Assembly: GCF_032062105.1 (NCBI RefSeq)
Contig: NW_026939674.1
Span: forward strand, 248,001 to 312,000
Reading direction: 5' to 3'
DNA length: 64,000 nt
From: Saccostrea cucullata
Taxonomy: Eukaryota
A program made the position numbers and the translations under genes. Shown here piece after piece: positions 13,903-25,422 of the stretch. Below the pieces are notes generated by a model. The model was not told where the DNA came from. It ran no database searches and worked only from the letters and a program-made list of their open reading frames with translations. How positions within the stretch are numbered: position 1 is the first letter of the stretch; each line of letters begins with the position of its first letter.

Positions 13903-14996
13903 ATGGCTTCACAAACAGATGAAATTGAAATACAGTGAACCTTCAGATATCCGGACGCCAGATATCCGGATGCTTCAGCATCCGGACGATTTTTCTTCGG
14001 AACGAAATTTTTAAATGTTATTCTTTCTTGTTTAACTGGTGATTCAGATATCCGGATGCTTCACATATCCGGACAAATTGACTAGGAACCAAAGCGTCCG
14101 GATAAATGAGGGTCCACTGTATTAGAAGAAAATGACATTTGGTTTGATTTGGATGTTGAGGAGGAATTAGACAATAAAGAAGATCTTAGTGAAGATTCTT
14201 CTGACCATGAAGAGACAGATTCTGATACTATTGGGACAGAAAATGCTGGCTTTGGTATTCTCCCATACCAATATGAGCCTTATGCAACTTCTGATGAAGA
14301 TGCATCCGACAATTCAGAAGCTGATGAGGAAGACAGAACACATAACACAGACTGGTGAAGAATAGTTTAATTTTCTTTTAATTCAATTATACATATCAAA
14401 GTTGCAATTGTTTCATTAAGGTCAAAAATATTTTGACAAAGAAAATTTCAAACAAATATTTTTTTTTATACAATTTTTTTCTTTTCTTATACCCAAGTAG
14501 GTGTTCATGTCAATGCTGCACAATCATGGCATCAAATACCGAAAACAGGTGCTGTCAAGAGATACAACAAGTAAAGGAAGAGATTTTAAGAACCGACACA
14601 TCACTTAATTGCATAACACATCATCCTGGGTTTAGAACAGTTTGTCTTGATATTCATGTACTGAGAACTGCATACTATCAATATCGACAACAATATGGAG
14701 GGAACTTGGAAGAATCAACAAAGTAAGTCAATTCTATTACCCATTTCTTTTCAGATTCATAATTAGTTAAATTATTACTAATATAAAATGGCATCTCATT
14801 TTGATATATTTACATGTATTTATTGAATTTCAGACGACATAGATACACAGCTTACAGGCAGTTTGTACGTTGGTGTTGGGGCTATTTAGGCAAGAAGGTC
14901 AGAGTAGTCATACCATCTTGTGCAGTCTCAAAAATCAGAGAAACATTCCCGCTTCAACCTGGAGAAACTCACACAGGGTTTAATTTTGCTGATTGA
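13903..14996 (+). pseudogene. KolX accessory gene (P2X7 cytoplasmic ballast-like Cys-rich domain), disrupted by a MITE
   Basis: Exons 13903-14354 (MITE inside), 14501-14722, 14834-14996. Motifs WCSCQCC..ENRCCQE..CITHHPGFRTVCL..RHRYTAYRQFVRWCWGYLGKKVRVVIPSCAVSKIRETFP..GF follow an acidic N-terminus. Confidence 0.85.
13933..14119. mobile_element. Tc1/mariner-type MITE inside KolX exon 1
   Basis: CAGTGAACC...GGTCCACTG ends, TA duplicated (13931-32, 14120-21), internal ATCCGGA repeats. Confidence 0.85.
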
Positions 14997-17900
14997 ACCT
15001 ACTAGATTTTTCCAATACTGCTGCTTCTTTCACGGGATGAGAATACTCATGGCACAATGGCCGAGGAGGAACTACAGTCATCTTGGCACATATCTCACTA
15101 TTCATTTTTACCTTTTCACTAATTTTAAAGGTTGTGTCCATTATTGTTTCTGCATATTCTATAAAAGAAAAATGGAGATGAAAATATTAATAATGTGATA
15201 ATTTGTTTTATACAATTCTTACATTGCATCAATATTATGTAATTAAAGTTGTCTTACCGTAAGTACTTTGTGATTTTACTTCTCTCACAGTATATCCACC
15301 TTTCTTAAATTTAGGAAAGGTTATTTTGTACCTAGCTTTTCCCTCCTGTGTTTCGTCTTGGGGTTTTCTGCCATTTTCATTAAAATGCAAGGCAGAGAGG
15401 ATTAGTCTGGAACAAATATAATGTAGTAAAGCATTTTATTGCTATATATATAATAAACAACATGCTTTTAATAACTTCCTAAATTTCCTTGATGTAAACT
15501 TGATACATTACCTGCTTAGCATCCCCTGGTATGAAAAATGGTACATTTTAGGGGCAAAGTGGTTGACAACAGAATGATAAGCTTCTAGATCTGAAGTCTG
15601 GTGTCCTGTTGATAATTTTGGAACATCTTTTTGTAACTGTTTTGAATGGATGATTTCCAGTACCTTTTCACATGCCTTTGTACCTAAATAAAAAGAATAA
15701 AATAAAAACAAAACTTCTAACACAATTCTACCACTTGTTATAAATCAAGGATATACATGTACTCGTATCCTCTTACTTGATTTGAACCAATGTTTTTTTC
15801 TCTCTCGTCCCTCTAAATTTCCATGGCTGCACTTTGGGTATAATTCTCCATGACCTTCATGTACATTTTGGAGATGATTTCCAAGAGAATGCCACTTTTC
15901 GAGCATCAGCTGTGGGCTTCCTCCTGGGGATGAGGCAGCTACCCAGTATAGATGATTAGTCATGCTTTTGATCCATTCTACAACAATGCTACACTCCCTC
16001 TCTTTGGACAATGATAGAAGCTTTTTCTTTAAGCCTAAAATATTGAAATTAATTAAAATTTGGTATAAAATACGATTGAAAGAATGAAAAATTTTCAAAC
16101 AATCAGATGTTTTCAGTTTTTCTTACCTTTAGCTACATGCTATACATCAAATTCATGACGTGTATTCGGCAAGTTCTCTCGAACCCACTTGTTGACTTGG
16201 ACATGCCGATCAGTTACTAATGTGCCTATTTCTACCTCCATATCACAAAAATAAGCCATTGTTCTAATCAAACCTTCTAATTCCATGTGGGAACTACTTT
16301 TGACTTCATTTGACTACAATATATGTATATATACATATATATTTTAACACACAGGAATAAATGGGATAAAATGATTAAGATATTACATAAATACGAAAAG
16401 AATACATGTATCAGTAATTAACACTCAACAGTACCTGAACAAGCTCTATGTGCACAATTAACCCCTCATCTAGATCTATCACTGAATAAGCCCCATATTT
16501 TGCAGAGTGTCCAGGGCTGTCAGCTCGGCCATCTCCACCCAGAGCCAGTGGATTTCCTTGTTGCTTCACATATTCTACATAAGAATTTGTGAAATTCTTC
16601 CAAATATGAAAAATTCCAGGATGTATATAGCACTTTTGATGATTGTAAAATGTTGACAGTTTTGGAGCTTGAACATTCATGAATTCAAACATTCTGAGAG
16701 CTTTACTTGGAATGGACCCTGATAGTACAATTGATGTTGATATCAGAAGATTTCCTGCAGGTACCTCTCCAATATAGGGTTGACTATTCCATGTTGATTT
16801 TAGATTACAAAGAATACATTCCACTTCAACTGAAATGAATGATCCTTTTATTTGTTTTATCTTCCCCACAACTGGAGACTTGCATTTGGAACAGGTATGA
16901 AATAACTTCATCAGTTGGGATTGAAACACAATGAATTTCTTCTCTTCTCTTGCATTTGGTTTTCTGACAAGCAAACGAAAAAAAAACTCTTTTTAAAGAA
17001 AGTTGATCATGCAGAGTTTCCCAGCATAAATAAATATGAAATACAACCTATAAACTCACTCATTTTCCTCGGAGGAATACTCCATGGAATCATCACTTTC
17101 AGGATGTTCTTGATATTCAGAATCAGAAGAAATTTTCAGGTCGGAGGATTCTGTTGGCATGTCATCCTCGTATCTTAGGAATTGATCACTCATAGATTGT
17201 TCATTATCGTTTATATTGCACTGTATACCCACACTTCTTCGGGCAGGATACATATTTATTTGAGTCCCTGATTGAAAAAAAATACTTCCATTTCACAATT
17301 TAATATTTTTTTTAAATTAGATTAATTGAAACTCTTAAGTCTCAGAAAATGTTCATCTTATATTTACCTTTGGTAGATGCTTTAGATTTGGTTTGGCTAG
17401 ATTTACTTCTTTTATTCCATGACCTTTTTGTCTGACTGAAGGCTTCTTTTGATTTTGAAAATCCTTCTGAACCTTTCTAAAAATCCCAATTAAATTAATA
17501 TACAAGACTATGGAACAGGATATACATGTATGCATACTCAGTCCAGATATTAATTATTTTTTAAAGGGTATGGTATATTTCTATTCATTTTCAAGCTTAC
17601 ATTGATTTCATTGTCAGTCATTGTGCAATTTGAATCTTCTTCTGATTTTCTAGCTTCAGCTTCTTGCATAGATTTATTCTGAACTTCTGTTTTCTCTGTA
17701 ATGATCTACAATAAGATACATGTATCATCTTCAAATATTTTGTTATGAATTACCAGTATAAACATTTTCCAGACCTTCTAAAAATATTGTCTAATAACAT
17801 CTTTGTTTAAGGTTAAAATGTAAAATCTACTTACTCTAAAATTTTCTCGTTTTACAAATGCCCCTCTTATCCGTTTCCTTTCTTTTTTCTCTCTCATTGG

Positions 17901-18267
17901 ATTTCTCCTCACCCTCCTCAATAGAGCTCAAATCACGTTTTCCTAAAACACTAGGGTGATGTTTTGTTGGTACTGACCCAGGATTTAGAACTTTGTTCTT
18001 CACTGGAATTCCTTGTGATTTTTTGAATCGATACTCAAATGGATAACAAGAGTCATCGAAATGTAATTCACAAAGGCTGGAATATTTAGTAGGGCCCTCA
18101 GGCCATTTTCTCTTAAGTCTAACAAAGGCAGTCCACTTTGGTACAAGATGTGGTTCCTTTTTAAATGGAAAATAGTGCAGGGACACTCCATCTAAATGTG
18201 TACTTGAACACCCACCCGCTACACATCTTCTACCTCTTTTTGTTTCACTGTGAGTATCACAGGACAT
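14980..18267 (-). pseudogene. Kolobok THAP-DDE transposase, 10 exons, with one frameshift and one nonsense codon
   Basis: Exons 18267-17835, 17705-17601, 17476-17368, 17267-17060, 16963-16435, 16313-16127, 16034-15777, 15683-15512, 15406-15258, 15158-14980. THAP (CVAGGC..FP..W..LCELHF..VPT), CxxC..CxxC, GDGRADSPGHSAKY, VTDRH, FDV*HVAKG, TSDLEAYH, LSALHFNEN. Confidence 0.88.
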
Positions 18268-18515
18268 GTTTATTTACATGCCATGTAGTGTAACAACATT
18301 GAAGCTGTCTCTGCATCTGTTCACATTCTTTTCGTCATGCAGCCGATAACAGCGGAAACTGCCGAGCTCAGATTACTTTCACCGAGCATCTGACATTTTA
18401 ATTAATTTCAGCTAAACCACACATCTTACAAACGTGATTTTTTCAGGACTGGATTTTAAATAACCGAATATATATTTTAATTGAACAATAATTTTTGACT
18501 AAAGGTGCCCTTTAA

Positions 18516-19086
18516 GGACAGATGATACAAACAAATTTTTTCTTTGAAAAAGATTTAATATCATGTCATAAGTTTAGAAATGTTGATGGTTCTTTGAAAT
18601 TTTTCTCCTAAGAACTGGAATGTGAAAAAGAATTGGAAAATATTAGTAATATTTCAATGAAAAAACAAATATAGACAAATCACATTCAGTAAAGGTTTAC
18701 AGGTGAAAATAAATTTCAGAATATGTTATCTTGGTGCTAAAAGTGAAATATAAACCTTAGAAAAATATACCAAGCCAGGTGAATTTTATTAGGAAAAGCT
18801 AAATAGTAAAAATCAGCCTATGTGATATTGCTAATTTTTTATCATTTTGATCTTCCTCTTAAAATTCACCTGGCTTGGTATATTTTTCTAAGGTTTATAT
18901 TACACTTTTAGCGCCAATGTGTTTTGTCTATATTTGTTTTTTCATTGAAATATTACTAATATTTTCCAAGTCTATTTCATTTCCCAGTTCTTCGGAGAAA
19001 AAATTCAAAGAACCATCCACTTTTCTAAACTTGTGACATGATATTTAATCTTTTTCAAAGAAAAAAATTGTTTGTATCATCTGTCC
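18516..19086. mobile_element. Non-autonomous foldback element with TTAA TSD (Kolobok-type GG...CC ends)
   Basis: GGACAGATGATACAAACAA...TTGTTTGTATCATCTGTCC, inverted arms over 200 bp, TTAA at 18512-15 and 19087-90. Confidence 0.85.
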
Positions 19087-19132
19087 TTAAGGTAATGGTT
19101 AATTAGGCTAATGTTAGGGTTAAGGTAAACAA

Positions 19133-20138
19133 AACAAGAGGCCCAGGGGCCACATCGCTCACCTGAGCAATTGGCTAGGAAAAAGCACATATCAGATCAG
19201 AACTGAAAGTTTACTGGGGGGGGGGGGAGGGGGCTTGAATTTTAACCCCCCGGGGGGTCATGATTTGAACAAACTAGAATCTACACTACCTGAGGATGAT
19301 TCCCTATAAATATCACTAAGCATGGCTTAGAAGAAATTGAAAATAAGATTTTAAAATGTTTCCCTATATATTCCTGTGTAAAACTTTTATCGGCCAGTTG
19401 GCCCCACCCTACCCCCGAGGGTCATGATTTGAAGAAATTTGAATCTAGACTACCTGGGGATGATTCCACAGGAGTTTCATCTTTCCTGTCTCGATGGTTC
19501 TTGAGAAGAAAATTTTTCCTAAATATTCCTATGTAAAACTTTAATCGGCCATTTCGGCCCCATCCTACCCCCAGCGGTCATGATTTGAACAAACTTGAAT
19601 CTACACTACCTGAGGATGATTCCACATGAGTTTCATCTTTCCAGGCCCAGTGGTTCTTGAGAAGAAGATTTTTAAAGATTTTTCCTATATATTCCTATGT
19701 AAAACTTTGATCGGCCATTTTGGCCCCACCCTACCCGCGAGGGTCATGATTTGAACAAAATTGAATCTACACTACCTGAGGATGATTCCACATGAGTTTC
19801 ATCTTTCCTATCCCAGTGGTTCTTGAGAAGAAGATTTTAAAAGATTTTTCCTATATATTCCTATGTAAAAATTTGATCGGCCATTTTGGCCCCACCCTAA
19901 CCCCGGGGGTCATGATTTGAACAAACTTGAATCTACACTACCTGAGTATGATTCCACATGAGTTTCATCTTTCCTGGCCCAATGTTTCTTGAGAAGAAGA
20001 TTTTTAAAGATTTTTCCTATATATTCCTATGTAAAACTTTGATCGGCCATTTTGGCCCCACCCTACCCCCGGGGGTGATGATTTGAATAAACTTGAATCT
20101 ACACTACCTGAATCCCCTTTACCCCAGGATACTTTGTA

Positions 20139-20202
<64 letters not shown>

Positions 20203-20244
20203 ACGACAACGACTACAATGACAACAACGACGAGGACGACGACA

Positions 20245-20286
<42 letters not shown>

Positions 20287-20303
20287 TGGCTCAGGTGAGC
20301 TAA
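19133..20303 (-). mobile_element. Helentron-type non-autonomous element (HINE) with about 6 x 166-bp satellite units
   Basis: acaagaggccc...gctcacctgag module, tcatgatttg recurring at 19258/19422/19578/19744/19910/20076, ACG/ACA microsatellite, terminal hairpin gctcacttgagcctttggctcaggtgagc. Resembles oyster Cg170-type elements. Confidence 0.85.
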
Positions 20304-21339
20304 ACAAGAGGCCCATGGGCCACATTGCTCACCTGAGCACTAAGGGAAGGAAAAAGTAGAAAATGGTTTTTTATTGTAAAGTTTAAATCCAAAAGTAGTC
20401 CCATGACCAATCATGGATTTGCTATATTTTAGAAAATGATTTTTAAAGAATTTTCCTATATGTATCTTTGAAAACTTTGGTCGGCCATTTTGGCTCCGCC
20501 TTACCCCCGGGGGTCATGATTTGAACAAACTTGAATAAACATTACAAGAGCATGCTTCCATATAAATATGATGAATTATGGCTTTGTCATTCTTGAGAAG
20601 AAGATTTTTAAAGAATTTTCCTATATATTTCTATGTAAAACTTTGGTCGGCCATTTTGGCCCCGTCCTACCCCCGGGGGGCATGATTTGAACAAACTTGA
20701 ATCTACACTACCTGAGCATGCTTCCATATAAATATGGTGAATTATGGCTTTGTCATTCTTGAGAAGAAGATTTTTAAAGAATTTTCCTATATATTTCTAT
20801 GTAAAACTTTGGTCGGCCATTTTGGCCCCGCCCTACCCCCGGGGGTCATGATTTGAAGAAACTTGAATCCATACTACCTGAGCATGCTTCCATATAAATA
20901 TGATGAATTATGGCTTTGTCATTCTTGAGAAGAAGATTTTTAAAGAATTTTCCTATATATTTCTATTTAAAACTTTGGTCGGCCATTTTGGCCCCGCCCT
21001 ACCCCCGGGGGTCATGATTTGAACAAACTTGAATCTACACTACCTGAGCATGCTTCCATATAAATATGATCAATTATGGCTTTGTCATTCTTGAGAAGAA
21101 GATTTTTAAAGAATTTTCCTATATATTTCTATGTAAAACTTTGGTCGGCCATTTTGGCCCCGCCCTACCCCCGGGGGTCATGATTTGAACAAATTTGAAT
21201 CCACACTACCTGAGGATGTTTCTCCATAAGTTTCATCTTTCCTGGCACAGTGGTTCTTGAGAAGAAGATTTTTAAAATATGCCACCAAATTTTCATTTAT
21301 TCCCAATTATCTCCCCTTGAATGAGGGCATGGCCCTTCC

Positions 21340-21373
<34 letters not shown>

Positions 21374-21496
21374 ACTTTGTGGCAAGTTTGGTTGAAATTG
21401 GCCCAGCTATTCTTGAGAAGAAGTCGAAAATGTGAAAAGTTTACAGACAGACGGACAGACGGACGGACAGACAGACAGACAGACGCCGGACAAAAT

Positions 21497-21545
<49 letters not shown>
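20303..21545 (-). mobile_element. Second, abutting HINE with about 5 x 166-bp units
   Basis: Same terminal modules, unit marker at 20514/20680/20846/21012/21178, GACG/GACA microsatellite, ends ...ctcaggtgagctaaaaaaa. Confidence 0.85.
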
Positions 21546-21546
<1 letters not shown>

Positions 21547-21846
21547 CATGAGCAGAGCAAATGCAACCTCTTAGACATCAAAGATGGGATCAGGTGGCAT
21601 GGAGGAGTGAGAATTCCGTCGACCAAACACACCGGGAAAATGTGTGCAAATAAATTCCAAATTCAAAACTTAATATGCAAATTGAGTAAATCATTGAGAT
21701 GTCAATTAATTAAAATAAATACATGTATATATAATTATGCATCAAATCTTATTAATTTCTTTAAAATTTTACGTTAGCATAGTGAGGACATACTTCTCTA
21801 GCCTATCTGTATAAATAATTCATATATTTCAAAATGACAGTGTGCT

Positions 21847-21919
21847 CATCTTTGCTAGGCAAGGGTTTTTGATATTATGAGGAGAGTAGCTAATCAGAAA
21901 CCCTTGGCTAGCAAAGATG
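21847..21919. mobile_element. 73-bp MITE with 9-bp TSD
   Basis: 27-bp TIR CATCTTTGCTAG(G/C)CAAGGGTTT(T/C)TGAT and a perfect direct repeat CAGTGTGCT at 21838-46 and 21920-28. Confidence 0.85.
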
Positions 21920-24900
21920 CAGTGTGCTGTGCAGGGTAAAGAGAGTCCGTAATTCCACACGAACTTATATAAGCATCACAAAGTTTCAGCAATTATGAAT
22001 ACACCTTTTAAAATATACAACAGGAGGATCTGCCGACGAGTCTGACAAATAATTGCATTTAGGACTCCAAATAAATAGTGTTATCTCCCCTTCAATTCTT
22101 TTAAAACAGAATCAAATTGCATGACAATTGACATATGCTTTTGACTCACAACATGTGATTCATTTGAGTCAGAAAGATAAAAAACTAAAACACTTTTATC
22201 AGCCTACAAAGGCACCTGTCTCAAGAATGTTCCCACCTCCCGTAATCCGCATCATGCCATGCAGCTCTTCGGTGCTTTGGGTTGGTCTAATTCCAGTACT
22301 GAGCGGAATTACAAGCCTAGAGAAAGTGTCAATGTCTATTTTTACAGCAATTTCAGCTATAGAGGCAAGCAACTTCCTTGACAAGGAAAAAAGGAGTATC
22401 AATTAGTTTTGTAATGTGCAATTAATCATTAATTAGCATTAATTTCCTTAAAGGGGCCCTGGGAGGGAAAATAATATATTCATTTGCACTATAACACGCA
22501 ATATTAAAACTCAAGTTTAAAACTAAAGTATCAGTATATTTAAATATTAAAAATAAAACAACATGTAACAGTGTATGTTGTATGTAAAGTTCAAGTTAGC
22601 CACTTTCCTAGTAAACTGAGAGCAACGCAAAATCGAACACGCCCTTTACCAAACCAGGGCATAATATTCCCATACATATTATCTTTCTTAAATTAAAAAA
22701 AAATTATGTCAACTTGCAGAATTTTAATTTAACCTTGCTTTTTATTCGTTTTATTTTATTAAAAAAGATGGGGATAAATAATGCACGATACATTATTATA
22801 TTCAGAGGGCATAATTGTTAACCGCTAATTTTATCAGGAAGAGGGTTCATGTACACTTCTCCTTTCAAAAGCTGATATTATAATTTACCAAAGCCTAATG
22901 TAGGGACTAATTGGGAATTTCAAAAATCAATTTTTAAAAAACCCTAAAAATGCAGTGCAAAAATCATTATATTTTCATTTTAATAAACTTGACGGACTTA
23001 GGTATATCTGGTAACTTCCTAAATACCAGGGGCAAGATCACCCCCACCACCACCACCACCACCACCAACACCCCCCCCCCCCCCTCCTTCATTTTCCACT
23101 TGAAATGCATCGAAGATCGGTTAAGCAAGGGCAGGCTAGTAGGAAACAAAGCAACCTCACATTTGCAGATGAGGGAGAGTTCTATCAACATCCAAAAATT
23201 GCTTGAAAGGCAAAAAAAAATTCATCATATGTTTTATTGAGGTGACACAAGCATAAAGTAGCTATATTATCACCCCCCCCCCCTGCCTCCCCGTGCCCCG
23301 CGGTTCCTATACGGCCATGGTGCGTTCAGTCCTTTCCATCCCCATATAGCAACTAACTTTTTTGTTGTTCTCAAGCCATCTTGAAAACAATGCTATATTG
23401 TACACCTTCAGTACTAACGTTATGATATCTTAGGAGGCTTCCCCTTTTTGCGTTATAAATCACGCTCATATTGTTTTTGCTAACACGCAGCTGAACAAGT
23501 TTTGAGAAAAAATATGTATTCATTTAAAATGTCACAAAAAAGTCACAAATTGCATGAGCATTCATATGCTGAAATAAATCAAAAGAATTCGTTAATATAA
23601 GATAGAGAAAATGATATACAAGTGTCTTCTGCTTCTCTTATTTTTAAAAGTACAATATTTCTAGACAAAAATATCTTTCTTGTGGTCAAACATTAAACAT
23701 GCATGATTTATAATGTCAAACATAGTATCCATATAATTTCCTATATTGAATTTAATCATAAATAATATAAAAGCAAGGTATAATACCTGATCGCATACGC
23801 CCATGTAAAGATCGAGATAAATCTGCACATATATATTTACGACAGAGTGAACTTTCTGATAACAAGCTCAGAAGTGATAAATTTTTAAAGGTCTTTAGTC
23901 TGATTTCCCTGTTTGATAGTAAGTGGACTGTAATTAAATTTTTGTGGATATATAAACTTGTCATAAATTGAATATCTGGGACTGATAACTAAACACTTTC
24001 GGTTCTTAACAACCAACAGGAGTTGTTGACAGTGTGGTCGAGATTTTAAGAGTTATATTCTTCAAAATGTCAAGAAGTATGGATCAAACAATAATATTAG
24101 CCACCTTTTCTGATGAGCTATGCAGCGATCAAACGTTTTTCGAACGCGTTAATGTTATTTATTGTGATGGTTCATGATAGAGTCCTTAAACCACAGTTTG
24201 TCCGCATTGTACGGACCAAATCTGGTCAATGCCCTAACACTGGAAAATAATGTACGTACAGTCTAGTATATATAGATCATGCACATCTATACAGAACCGG
24301 ATTCGATCCTTCATGTACTGGTAGCTAGAAATCATCTGAAGATGCCATAGGTTCCATCAAAGCATTGTTTCAGTCATTTGTCAAACGCACCGATTTAATT
24401 TTTTTTAATATCGTGTTTCTTGAAATGCCTTTTAATTAAATATTACTATACAATTCTAGTGTATTTGAATTTAAAACTAGAGGCTATTTTAAAACTGCTG
24501 TTTTCTTCCATTGAAGTAAGATTGCAGACCTAGTCAATGTGAACCTAAAATCTTCCAACGAAAAAAATTGTAATCAATAGTTTAGCATAGATATCTTGTT
24601 GTGAGAAAAGATGCCATCTGAATTATAGTCCCCCTTCCCAATAAATTTGTGACCACACCACCACATTCCCAATCAACCCTCGTACTAGTTTTAATTACAA
24701 AGACTAAATAATAAAAAAGAAATTTTATACTCGTATATATAAAGCCTTGGACTGTAAAAAAAAACTTATTTTAGATCATGAACTCTTTAATTCCAACCAA
24801 GGAAACGTGAACCACTCACATCACATACCTAGAGATGTTGTTTATTACTTTATTACTGTTGCCCCCCCCCCCTCCCCCGAACATTTTTGTTGACAGTCTG

Positions 24901-25422
24901 ACATGCAGAGTGCATACATTCTCCTGAATGTGAAAATAAACGTGTATCAGTAACATTTAGTGATTCCTAATCATGAATGCATGGTCTTTCATAATGCTAA
25001 TACAAATATAGAAAATCCTTTTTTTTTCGTGTTTTTCCTTTAATTGAAATGTTTATATGTGAAAATGTATTTTTAAAAATGTGTTATGCTCTACATGTAA
25101 TCAATATTGTAGTTATTACTGAACACCCATTTAAAACAATATTATTTTTACGGTCTTTAGTGAACACCATCAGCCACATAAAGTGAAAATCACCCTAATC
25201 ATGGTAAATTCTAAGATATAGGTCCCTGCTGAAGTGCAGATATGTGCGCCACTTACTCACAACCACTAGTCCGGAACAATTTATTTATATCGACTTGATT
25301 TTTAGACACTCCAAGAAACTGGTTCCCCAATTTAAGCATCAAAACAAATACCAGTTTACTGGAGAATGGGATGCCGCGAAAATGTTGATCTCAAATTGGG
25401 GGTATGATGAAAATGCTTTGAA

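Larger units (their letters stand above)
13659..18511. mobile_element. Kolobok DNA transposon, full length, inactivated
   Basis: 18-bp perfect TIR AGGGCACCTTTAGTCAAA with RR...YY ends, TTAA on both sides (13655-13658, 18512-18515), and two convergent genes (transposase and KolX). Confidence 0.92.

Noticed and set aside
21550-21640. Fragment resembling a common mollusc retroelement end (gggatcaggtggcatggaggagtgag)
   Set aside because: Too short and decayed to classify without a search.
22199-22402. Minus-strand ORF resembling a terminal exon
   Set aside because: No recognisable motif, and no upstream exons could be joined in frame between 22.4 and 25.3 kb.
24100-24160. Hammerhead ribozyme (CTGATGA-GCT-atgc-AGC)
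   Set aside because: The GAAA core is interrupted (GATCAAA) and stem I does not pair. CTGATGAG at 54672 fails in the same way.
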